Assembly: GCF_018350175.1 (NCBI RefSeq)
Contig: NC_058368.1
Coordinates: 134,542,001-134,606,000, forward strand
Reading direction: 5' to 3'
DNA from: Felis catus
Lineage: Eukaryota
DNA length: 64,000 bases
In this document: piece after piece, positions 50,481-61,510 of the stretch
Layout: each line of letters starts with the position of its first letter
Numbering within the stretch: the first letter of the stretch is position 1
The notes under the pieces: generated by a model
Told to the model about the DNA's origin: nothing
Database searches by the model: none
The model's input: the letters and a program-made list of their open reading frames with translations, nothing else
Translations under genes and position numbers: made by a program

Positions 50481-50540
50481 CTTTTTTTTTTTTTTTTAAC
50501 ATTTATTCATTCTTGAGAGTCAGAGAGTGAGTGGGGGAGG

Positions 50541-50587
<47 letters not shown>

Positions 50588-50725
50588 ACACAAGAATCCG
50601 GAGCAGGCTCAAGGCTCTGAGCTGTCAGCACAGAGACCGATGGCGGGGCTTGAACCCACACACGGTGAGATCTTGACCTAAGCCGAAGTTAGATGCTCAA
50701 CCGACTGAGTCACCCAGGAGCTCCA
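50481..50725 (-). mobile_element. Felid CanSINE
   Basis: Antisense SINE; TSD begins atcaaagc. Confidence 0.92.
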
Positions 50726-50919
50726 ATCAAAGCCATCTTTTCTTCTGGCTGCCAGGTACTTTATGAAGGATTCTCATGATTCTGCCTGCTGGTTCGTGGG
50801 AGGCTTTTTGTTTGTTGTTCCTTTTTAAAATTTTCATCCTATCAGGGGAGGCGATGAAAATAACACCCTAGCCCTTCTGTTACACCATTTAGTGTTTACA
50901 TATACCCAGTAGTTTGTAG

Positions 50920-50950
50920 TTGACGTCAAAAAAATCAACTGATTGGTTGA
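50920..50950. promoter_or_regulatory. Candidate CRE (TGACGTCA) plus NF-Y/CCAAT module
   Basis: ttgacgtcaa at 50920-50929 and ctgattggtt at 50939-50948, in non-repeat sequence. Motif evidence only. Confidence 0.3.
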
Positions 50951-51562
50951 GTTTCAGTAAGGAGGGAGAAAGGATTGAAATGGTGGAAGAGCTCATAGCT
51001 CATCTCCTGCAAGGTCTCTGCGCCACGGACACGCAGACTAGCATAGCCAGCCTCGCCTCTTGCAAACCCCATCTTGGAGGCTAATCTGGAACCTGTCCAC
51101 TGCCACATGATACTCCCCTGGAAAGTGAAGCATGTGGCCACCTTTCAGTTTGTATGAAAGAGCCCTCCTCAGGGAGTCAGAGAAGATGTTTTGAGTGATT
51201 AATTGAGCTCTCTACTGTCATTTCCTAGGTAGAAAACTAGGAATGTACCACAAGACAATCCTCAAGAAGTGGAAATAGGAAATGCTTACTTTTAATATTT
51301 TCCTTCCCATTTCCTTTTTTATTACGGACAAAAGTAACATACAAAAAAGTAACAGATGAGTGAAATGAACCCCATGTTCATGTATGCAACTGTGTTTAAT
51401 TTCTATTTTCTTTTGATTCTATTTCATGCATTTTTATATTATAAATAATCCATTGAGTATTTCATTGTATAATTTAAATATGGATGCAAATGCATGTTTG
51501 GGAAAAACATGCTTAAAAATGTTTTACAAATTAGACGTATTACACCAACAATGTTTGGAGAT

Positions 51563-51740
51563 GGGGCGTCTTGGTGGCTCAGTAAGTTAAGCGTCTGATT
51601 CTTGATTTTGACTCAGGTCGTGATTTCGGGGTTCGTCAGTTCCAGCCCTCATGGAGCTCTGCGCTGACGGTGTAGAGCCTGCTTGGGATTCTCTGTCTCC
51701 TATCTCCCTCTCTCTCTCTGAAAAAATAAGTAAACTTAAA
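51563..51740 (+). mobile_element. CanSINE (older subfamily)
   Basis: TSD atgtttggagat. Confidence 0.92.
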
Positions 51741-53364
51741 AACATGTTTGGAGATACTTGTATTAATAATAGTCACAAGCCACTCTTAGGAATAATTAAT
51801 AATGATAATCAGTATTTGTTGAGGCTTATCTCCTCCAGACACCATGCTAACAGCTACCCTGCAGGAAATGTTCAGAGGGCCCAGATTACAGTCTCTTCCT
51901 GTAACATCCTAAGTGGAGTAGAAAATATGAATTGCTGGACCTCAGACCTGATATTTGATCCTACCTCCAAAACAAGGTCTTTCTAAAAACAAGTACTAAT
52001 TTTCCCAATATATATTTTTTCCATTTATGTTTCCATACAATTATATCAAGTAAGTATATATAACCTTAGAGAAGTCATTATATATTTTAAAACCCTGTTT
52101 TTATCATCTGTAAATGGAGGAGTTGTCTATGGTCTGTAATATTCCTCCTAGCCCTAATATTTTATGAGCCATTTCCATGAGCTATAAATTGCTAAAGCCA
52201 AACATTGTCTCCAATACGTTGTTATATTATGTCTGTTTTTATAACATGGGCAACACACGTGCACCATGTTGTTATGTGAATCTTTATCTCAATCATCAAC
52301 ATTTATTGAGGCCTCTGCTCTGTGGCAAATGTCCTCAAGCGTCACCAGAAATGAACATGAAGGAGGCCACATTTTGCGGATTCCATACATAGCTACATGA
52401 CAGTCTCAGCTCTCACACAGGCTGCCAGTGCCCGATCCTGCCATTGTCCTTCTGTCATCCTCTCCCTTGGGAGGACTGGCCTGGGTGGCTGGGGGCTGGC
52501 ACCCAGCTCAGCTGGCTGCAGGGGTTCTTGTAACACTTATAGGGATGGGCCTGTGGGATTCCTTTCAGTAAAGTGATAGGCACATCACACGCGGGTGTTC
52601 AGGCTCTGACATGCCACAGATTAACAGGCATGCCTCTATTAAAAGGCGTGTGACAGGCCTCTCAATCCATATCCTGAAACCCTCAAATCCTCCCTCACAT
52701 TCTGTGCAAGCCATTTCTGCTCAGGGCCTGTCCCGATGTATTTTTTTAAATGGCTCAAGTACAAAAAATGAAAAGGCATAGCATACTGTGACTCACTTGC
52801 TTTTGAGGGCTGTATTTCCATTTTGCTGGCAAACTCAGCTCGGAGAAGAGAAGCTACAGAAACTAGGAACCCTAAAGCAAACGAAGGCCTTCAGGGTGCT
52901 CAAAATAGAAGATACTAGAGAAGAGTGGTGAAAAACAAAAACAAAACAGCTTTGGCATCCAACAAAACGGGCCCGATTCTAATTCCGACCCCTCGCTGTC
53001 CACGTGACCCAGGGCAAGCTTATGTATCATAAAGCTAGGTGAAATACGTGTAGGGTATAGGGTTGACGACAAAACTTAATGAATGAATATATGTAATAAT
53101 ACATACATCACATGCCTCTTCTCTGCTAAAGATCCAGTGCAGATTTTCACCGGAATGGCTGCAGTGACCTCTGCGTTTGACAGTCCAAATGTATGGCCAG
53201 CACCTGAGAGAAGAGGCCAAAGCACTTTTGCGACTTGTGTAGTTTAAGGCGCCATTGCCAGTGTTACCTGGGTTCCTGCAGTTAACCATGAGTTCATGTC
53301 TGTAATCTTGTTTTCCTTCCATTCTATTCAGATCAAAAGAATATTTAATTAAATACAGGAGGAT

Positions 53365-53533
53365 GGGGCATCTGGGTGGCTCAGTTGGCTGAACGTCCGA
53401 CTTCGGCTCAGGTCATGATCTCATGGCTCGTGAGTTCGAGCCCCGCATCGGGCTCTGTGCTGACAACTCATAACCTGGAGCGTGCTTCCAATCTGTGTCT
53501 CCCTCTCTCTCTGCCCCTCCCCTGCTCATGCTT

Positions 53534-53580
<47 letters not shown>

Positions 53581-53589
53581 AATAAACAT
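53365..53589 (+). mobile_element. Felid CanSINE
   Basis: SINE head, (CT)n body and tail. Confidence 0.93.
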
Positions 53590-53603
53590 TAAAATATTTT
53601 TTT

Positions 53604-53818
53604 TAATTTTTTTTTCAACGTTTATTTATTTTTGGGACAGAGAGAGACAGAGCATGAACGGGAGAGGGGCAGAGAGAGAGGGAGACACAGAATCGGAAAC
53701 AGGCTCCAGGCTCTGAGCCATCAGCCCAGAGCCTGACGCAGGGCTCGAACTCATGGACCGCGAGATCGTGACCTGGCTGAAGTCGGACGCTTAACCAACT
53801 ACGCCACCCAGGCGCCCC
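53604..53818 (-). mobile_element. Young SINEC_Fc-type CanSINE inserted in the tail of the previous SINE
   Basis: Diagnostic variant on the minus strand; TSD taaaatatttttt. Confidence 0.95.
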
Positions 53819-54407
53819 TAAAATATTTTTTAAAAAATAAGCGTGTAAGGAGAACGGCCATAGGCACTGAATTGAGTCTGCCAGTCTTTATGAAACACTG
53901 TCCTCCCAAGTTTATCTCTCGGGAGCTTACTGCACACACAGGGTTTCTCATGGAGTTGTGTGGTGCCAGGCCCATCAGCGTACTGAAAATGTATTGTGGA
54001 AAGAAAACGAGGAGCCTAATTTTCTTTCCTTTGAATTAGCAAGAAGTCCCTGGGGAGCATTAGAGCCAACGTAGAGGCCTGAGGTTGTACTACGGGGCTT
54101 TTCTTGGGCTAAGAGAAATCAGTCAAGGTGTAATCACATCATCTCCAATCTCGTTAACAAATTGTCTGGTGCAAATACTTCACCTAAGAGGTGACTTCTA
54201 GTGTTTTCAGAAAATACAGAAGATGACCAAACTGTATCACACAGGCAGAAGGATGAGGTTTCTCCTGAGAGCTCTGGGCTCCTCAGTCCTGAGCTCAGTG
54301 CTAAGAATTGAGGTCCCCTGGACAAGAAGCGTAATGGTTTAGGTTAACACTAACAAATTTACTTTCGATTTGTGTACAACCCCAGGATGGAGGTCAGCTT
54401 CTCTCTT

Positions 54408-54478
54408 CTTTTCTTTTTTTTTCTTAATTCAAATGTTTATTTATTTATTTTGAGGAGAGGGAGCTGGGGGGGGGGGGG

Positions 54479-54532
<54 letters not shown>

Positions 54533-54651
54533 CCCATGCAGGCACCATGCTTTGCAAAGAGCCCACCACAGGGTTTGAACCCACAACTTCGAGGTCATGA
54601 CCCGAACCAAAATCAAGAGTCGTACATTTAAATGGCTGAGCCACCAGGCCC
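54408..54651 (-). mobile_element. CanSINE (older subfamily) with (GA)n
   Basis: Antisense SINE structure. Confidence 0.88.
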
Positions 54652-56116
54652 TGCAAGGTTTTCTTACAGAGGCTTTTTCCTCTACCGTGAGATAAGTCTG
54701 AGTCTGCAGTCACGTTTTTCCCATTCAGATTCCCTCATAGGTGGAAGTAGGTAAGAAATAAGGAAACAAAGGAATTACTGATTTCACTTAGTTTAGCTCC
54801 AAACCAAAAAATAAAAGCACACTGTTCATTACCCTTTATATTTTGACTAGGTTTTCCTATGACATGACTTTTAGTGTTGGCTCAGATGTGTGTGACCAGT
54901 CCTGGTTTGCAAAGGTAAATCAGGTTTGGAATCAAAGTAACTACAGAAGGCTAGTTCCAGAACCTGAACCATAGAGGTCCTCTGGTATGAAGTTCTTAAA
55001 CCCTGCATCAGAAAGCTGTGTCAACAGAGCATACTCCTCATTTTAAGTGCTTGATGGCCCTCCACTTGTTGACCCAATGCCTGTCCAGACTCCCAAGGGA
55101 CAGATTCTGCCCCCATTGCTTCCAAATGTGTAGAAGATGTTATACTTCTCAGTTGTGCTGGAACATCCAACTACGATCCATGGCAGCCCAAGACCCCTTA
55201 CCTGGGGGCTGGGTTGGAACAGGTTTTGACCTCATTTCTACCTCCTGAGTGGAAAGTGGATAAGGAGGTTCTATAGACTTCCTCTTCCCTCTTTTCATAA
55301 GGTGTTTTACTTTATGCACTAGACCTGGTCCTTTTGAACCAGGAGTTTCCCCTTGGTTTCCTTTAGATTTGCACATGGCTTCTGTAACTACCATCCCAGT
55401 ACACCTTTTTTTTTTTTTTTTTTTTTTTACCTATTTCTAGTTTCATTGAACAGGAATGCCTTTATGGAGAGATTCTCCCTCCCAGCTGACATGAGACTGT
55501 GGATTTCAGGGGATCTCACCCCATCGTGATCACTCTCACCACAAAGTTATCAGAAAAGAGATTTAGTTAGTAGTAAGTACATTGTAGCAGATTTGACAAG
55601 AAAACTCAGGTATGGTAGGTGGGAAACTGGGAAATTTGGTTACTTCTTTAAATAAAGTGAAATCCTACCCTCCACTTCCATCCAGACTGGGAGGAAATTC
55701 ACAGGCAGTTGCCACTGACACTTCCTGCCCCTCCCACACTACCCCCTGCCTACCAACACACAAGAGGTCTTATCTACACAGAGAAATCACCCTGATCATT
55801 GAGCCACGCCAGGTACTGTGGACATGCACACCCACTGAGTCTGAATGTTTTTTCAAAGTCCAGTGAGCTTGGTACTTACAGCTGGTCATTGTTGCTGAAG
55901 TTGGCGGGGTCAGATGGCTCAGGCTGAGTGTGTTTTCGGTGCCTCCATTTCCTTCTCACCCCTGGACAAAGTACAGGAGCAGAGTGCAGATGCCCACAAT
56001 CCAAGGGACCCACAGAATCCTATCTCCTCCCTGGGGGCCTTCTCCCTTCTACCTCTCTAATTCAGTGTCATGTTTCCCCTCCCCAGCTTAGCCCCTTGAA
56101 AATGAACTTACTTTAC

Positions 56117-56153
<37 letters not shown>

Positions 56154-56329
56154 AAAGATCTTCTCAGATGGCAAATTCTGCTTCTTGGTATACAACATGC
56201 AACTATCCTAAGACAAGGAAAGCCACCCCTTTTCTTAGAGTTGGTGGTAACATACAGGGAAGATAAAGCAAAATATCTTGATGAATTACCGTATTGCAAT
56301 ATATAACACCTAGGCTGCCTCCACATTTT

Positions 56330-56765
56330 TTGGCCACTATAAATTAGAGAGTCATAAATATTCTAGTACATATATTTGTTTACATATTTATGATTGGCTC
56401 CTGAGGGTGAATTCCTCAAATGGAGATTACTGGGGAGAGGGGATGCACAAATAACAGTTTTCATAAATATTGTTAAGCTAAACTCGCCATAAAAAAAAAG
56501 TATCGTAATTTACATCCCTACCATGAAGGCATGGTTGTTTACCTCTCCATATCTTTATCAGATTGAATGTTATCATTGTTTTAAACTTTGTCAAGTTGAT
56601 AAGCACATTTAAAAAATCTTGCTTTTGTTTGCAATTCTTTGATTGATAGTGGAACCAAATACTTTTCTCCCTTCCTTGGTAATTTTAGTTGTCTATATTT
56701 TGTTCACTTTTCCGCAAGGGATCCTTTTTCTTACCGATTTCAAGTGCTTTTGGTATATTAAGGCT
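56330..56765 (-). mobile_element. Old L1M fragment (continues at about 57150-57700)
   Basis: Antisense L1 ORF2/3' motifs (aatttacatccctaccatgaaggcatg). Confidence 0.55.
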
Positions 56766-57265
56766 GACAGCCCAGGAGTCACTACCACTTTTTAAGGGTA
56801 AGAGAACACCGTGAAGCCCAATAAAAATTCGCTCTTTTCATCCCCAACTAAAATGAGGCAGTCACTTCAACAGAGCGGGCAATTGAAATATATGTGACAA
56901 CCCTAACATAATATAAAAATAGCTGATTTCTGTTAGTGGTGAAGTCACAGGTGCCACTATGGTAGGCAAGGGCCTTTAATCAAAGGAAGCAAGAGTAAAG
57001 ATGTGATAGCACTCAAAGAGGTCAAACCCTCCTCTTTGGGGCCCACGAGAGAGTGGCTGGTACAACCAGACAGTCTTGGGGACGGTTGTCTGTAATTTCC
57101 AGCCAGGCTCCACAACCATGAAAATATGAAGCATATAAATGGCCTGAAATGCTAATGAAGTAATAAAGGCCTTTCCCAACCAAAGATTATAAAAATACTG
57201 AAACATGTCTTCTTCTAGTGTTTTTATAGCATAAAGTATATTCATATTTTTTCTCTCTGGAGCTT

Positions 57266-57472
57266 ATTTTTTTATTTTTTTAATAATTTTATTTATTTTG
57301 GGGAGACTGCAAGTGGGGGAAGGGCAGAGAGAGAGGGAGATAGAGGATCAGAAGCAGCCTCTGTGCTGACAGGATGACAGCAGTGAGCCCGATGTAGGGC
57401 TTGAACTCGAACCACGAGATCATGACGAGAGCCAAAGTGGGATGCTCAACCAACTGAGCAACCCAGGTGCCC
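57266..57472 (-). mobile_element. Felid CanSINE
   Basis: TSD ctggag(c/t)ttattttt. Confidence 0.92.
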
Positions 57473-58139
57473 CTGGAGTTTATTTTTATGTAACGAAAGA
57501 ATCAGGAGTCTGGGTTTCTTATTACCAAACAGATGGTCAGGTGTCCCATTTTTCTCCACTGATTGGAAATGCTGTCTTTGGAATATACTAAATTCCGATG
57601 CCTATTTGAGTGGACACTTAGAGTTCCTGTCCATTCCATTAATTGGTATATTCCACAAAGTTTAATTAATTGACTTTATAATTCATTTAATATTTGAGTT
57701 CTGTGGATTACTTGGAAACATAATAATCATACCGTGTAGCCCTGATGCGTAGGGAAAAAAGGGAAAACATAGTTACCTTTAATGTGACAATGTCTTTTTG
57801 CCTTTGCGCAAAAAGTCTCCTTGTCTCCGTGTGTCTTTTTCCCTTGGGCACAGCCACTCTGGCTTCCTCGGGATCCCTCAGGGTGTTGATTTGGTCCAAT
57901 ACCAGTTCTTACCTGACACGTTTTTGTCATCCTAACATCCTCTTCTCATTCTTACCACCAAGCAACTGCTTCCCCGGCTAGAAGGATGTTCTAGTTATGA
58001 CCATTTGTGTAGATAAACATATTCACATCTTATTCTGTACTTTCAAAGAAATGTTCATGAAACAAATTGTGTGTCACACAAGGTCACTGTGTATTCAGTG
58101 GAACATGGAGATCACCAGCCTTTGTTGTCAGCAACTGTT

Positions 58140-58430
58140 CCCTTCTTCGGACCCCTTTCCCATGTACCCCTACTTCATCTTCTCACTCATGCTATTTCAG
58201 ATCCCACCGCAAATGTCGTGTATTCACAGAGCTAATAGGTCCCCTGGCATCTGCTCTCTACGTATAATAGTTTTTAATTATAGAATTATTTAATTACTAA
58301 CTTTGTATACTCTTTTGCTAGATTCTAAATTCCATGAAGACTATATTTGCTTTGCTTGTTTCAGTTTGCTCAGTCTTAATTCAGAACCTAGCACGGAGGG
58401 AGAGCTCACAAATCTTAGTGGACAATGATA
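58140..58430 (+). mobile_element. L2 3' end
   Basis: ctagattctaaattccatgaag...cagaacctagcacggagggagagctcacaaat. Confidence 0.65.
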
Positions 58431-58454
58431 GTTACTGTTATCACATCAGGATAT

Positions 58455-58650
58455 GAGCTTCATTTGAAGTCAGAATGCCTGGGTCTCCATCTATAATTAC
58501 CTGTATGACCTTGGGCACGTTATTAAACATGTCCGTGACTCCCTTTCCTTGTCTGTCAAATGGGGATAGCAGCATTTAGAGAAAAATGTCTTATGAGGAT
58601 TGAATATACAATGTGGCCCCAAGAGCTCACGGGATGTCAGCTATTATCAT
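58455..58650 (+). mobile_element. MIR
   Basis: ctgtatgaccttgggcacgttattaaac...ctgtcaaatggggatagca. Confidence 0.8.
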
Positions 58651-59362
58651 CATGATCATTATTGGAAAGGAAGTTGTTTGAAAGAAAATAAAGGTAAAGC
58701 ATGGACAATATTAAAATTCTCACTTCACATCAGGCTCTTTCTTGGATTCTTTCCAGTGAGAACAAAAAAAAGCAAAAAAAAACAAAACAAAACAAAACAA
58801 AAACCACCTTCAAACAATAAGAAAGTTTCAAGGAAGTCATATTTGGCAAAGATTCTTATAATCATCAACTAACTCTCCAGTAGGTGAGACAAGTTAGACA
58901 CACACCCCTTCCTTTTTAAGGACATAAGTTCTTTTTCCCTTTAGCCAAAAATGCTTCCACTGAGAAAAAGCTGCATGGTCACAAATGAACTTGTAACAAA
59001 GCCAGCAAACTTTATGACCTAGTAGCCCATTTCTGGCAAAGAGTCATAGCTAGACTGAGTAGCACAATTGTGGGGGGACAATGGTCAGCAGAAGCCTTGT
59101 GTTTGCTTGCAGCCTGCTGGCCAGTGATGTCAGTCATCAGCTCCCACGCCCACAGCATGTGCCACAATGTGAGAAGTACCATCGTCTTTGTCACCATCAG
59201 CAGCATCTTTACTATTCATATTTAATAGTAATGAGCACCTGCCACAGTAAACCTTATGAAGAGTTTATTTCTTGTAAGCTATTTTTCTACCCCAATGTCT
59301 GCCTAATCAACATACCTGTGCTTGGCAGTGCAACATCTCTGTAGAGAGAAAAAGATATCCTA

Positions 59363-59590
59363 GGGCGCCGGGGTGGCTCAGTTGGTTAAGCCTTGGCTCA
59401 GGTCATAATCTCACAGTTGGTGAGTTCACGGTTGATGAGTTCAAGCCCTGTGTCGGGCTCTGTGCCGACAGCTCGGAGCCTGGAGCCTGCTTCAGATTCT
59501 TTGACTCCCTCTCTTTCTGCTCCTCCCCCACTCACACTCTGTCTCCCTCCCTCAAAAAAATAAACGTTAATAAAAAATTTTAAGAAAAAA
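59363..59590 (+). mobile_element. Felid CanSINE with an internal 15-bp duplication
   Basis: TSD agaaaaagata(t/g)cc; cacagttggtgagtt followed by cacggttgatgagtt. Confidence 0.92.
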
Positions 59591-59695
59591 AGAAAAAGAT
59601 AGCCAAGAATAGTTCATCCTTAACCGTGAAAGAAATGAGCAGTTCATGACACCAGGATAAGCAATATGCATGTCATATAGATTAGAAAACAAACA

Positions 59696-59900
59696 GGGGC
59701 ACCCGGTTGGCTGAGTCAGTTAAGAATCCAATTCAATATTTCCCCTCTGGTCATGATGTGACCATTGTTGAGATCAAGCCCCTAGCTGGGTTCCATGCTG
59801 AGCATAGAGTTTAAGATTCTCTCTCCCTCTTCCTCTGCCCCTCCCCCACTCATGCTCTCCCTCTCAAAATTTAATTAATTAAAAATAAGAATAAAAAAAT
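59696..59900 (+). mobile_element. CanSINE (older subfamily)
   Basis: Diverged SINE head and body. Confidence 0.85.
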
Positions 59901-60893
59901 GAAATATAAAAAAAGAATGAATACAAAAACTCTTGTTCCACTTAGCCTTTTATTTCATCAAAATCCTCCAAAAGCTAAGGATTAAAAAAAAAAAAAAAAA
60001 AAAAAACCTTGCTGTATGCCTGAGAGATCATATCTCTTCCTTCCTGAAAATCCTCTCAGGATGCTTCCAGAAGCCTGGCCTGGTGCTGGAAGGCTCTCGG
60101 AGTGACTCACAGTACTAGAAGGCCTAGTGCTCCGGGATGGCCCCCGTGCCTGGGGGCATTTCTCAAAATCAGCAGCCTCCACATTTTGAAGGGGATGGAA
60201 ACCAGGCCTGGAAGCACCATCTTGCAGTCAGGAAGGGTGGTTACAGCAGGCACAAGCACGTCTCGAGTATGTGTGCAAGGCCACGGAAGGAAGGGAAGAG
60301 AGGCAGGAACTGGAAGAAGCAGCAGGCAAGACTGAAGCTTTGCAATAGGAAGAGGTGTGGCTTTGCTTCAAAACAGAGGGGAAGCAATTTGAATCTTGGA
60401 GCAGCAAAGGAATAGGAAACAAGGCCTCCCTGCTCTTGAATTAGCCCTTTGTCTTCTGTGTTGATATTTTAGGTGAATTCAGAATGGTTGGTGGCCAGGC
60501 TGAGGAGGCGTCCTGGTCAAGACAAAGGTAGCTGCCCCTTCAGGGAACCATGTTGCCTTCCCTGTATGAAATATTCATTGACCCCTGAGAACCATGAATT
60601 TTTGTGGGGAGGGGTGACTGCTTCCCTGTCATCCTGGAGCAGCCATCCTGGAGTACCTTGGAGCAGAGGCTCTTGAACTGGCAATTACCACGTCTAAATA
60701 CATCAAGGTGACATGTGTCACCTTACTCACTTGCAACCTGCCATTCCTGGAGATGTAGATTTGAAGTCTCTCTTAAGGTACCAATTGCTGCTAATGGTTA
60801 ATTCTACACATCCACAGTTCTTTGATAGGGAAGAATGGAAAACAGAAAGAACTTAGATACTTAGGTCTTTTGTTACCTCAGAACTGTGGATTC

Positions 60894-61115
60894 TTTTTTT
60901 TATTTTTTTTAAATGTTTATATATTTTGGGGGGAGAGAGAGAGACAGAGTGTGAGTGATGGATGGACAGAGAGAGAGGGAGACACAGAATCTGAAGCAGG
61001 CTCCAGGCTCTGAGCTGTCCGTGCTGAGCCCGATGTGGGGCTTGACCTCACGAACTGTGAGATTATGACCCTAGCTGAAGTCAGAAGCTTAACTGACAGA
61101 GCCACCCAAGTGCCC
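60894..61115 (-). mobile_element. Felid CanSINE
   Basis: Antisense SINE structure. Confidence 0.92.
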
Positions 61116-61431
61116 TAGAACTCCGAATTTTTGACTCTCCAGTATCCATGATTCCAGTGGATTGCTTCACTATGAAAAATACAAATTTGCCTCCCTTTAA
61201 TTTCATTTAAGCAATTTAGAAGTTTAATAATTTCCTTACAGATCCATTTCTGCATTTGGTGCTAACTGTATTTAAGTGTTAATACAGCTTTGAAGAAGCT
61301 ATTGATTCTGAAAAAGTAGGTTTTAATTGAGTTGACTCTTTTTCATTGAGATGCAGAAGTTACAGCAACACATATGTGCTTTGTACAGATTTATTTCCAC
61401 TTGCGCAGATACAAGCTCATATCCAAAACTT

Positions 61432-61510
61432 AAAAAGGAAGGAGGACGAGGAGGAAGAAGAGGAAGTAGGGGAGGAAGAAGAAGTAGGTAGAAGACAGGT
61501 AGAAAGATCG
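61432..61510. repeat. Purine-rich (GAG/GAA) low-complexity tract
   Basis: Directly visible. Confidence 0.85.

Noticed and set aside
56118..56147. Long poly(A) run (similar runs near 55410 and 59990) as a possible retrocopy tail
   Set aside because: No TSD or recognisable mRNA-derived body next to it.
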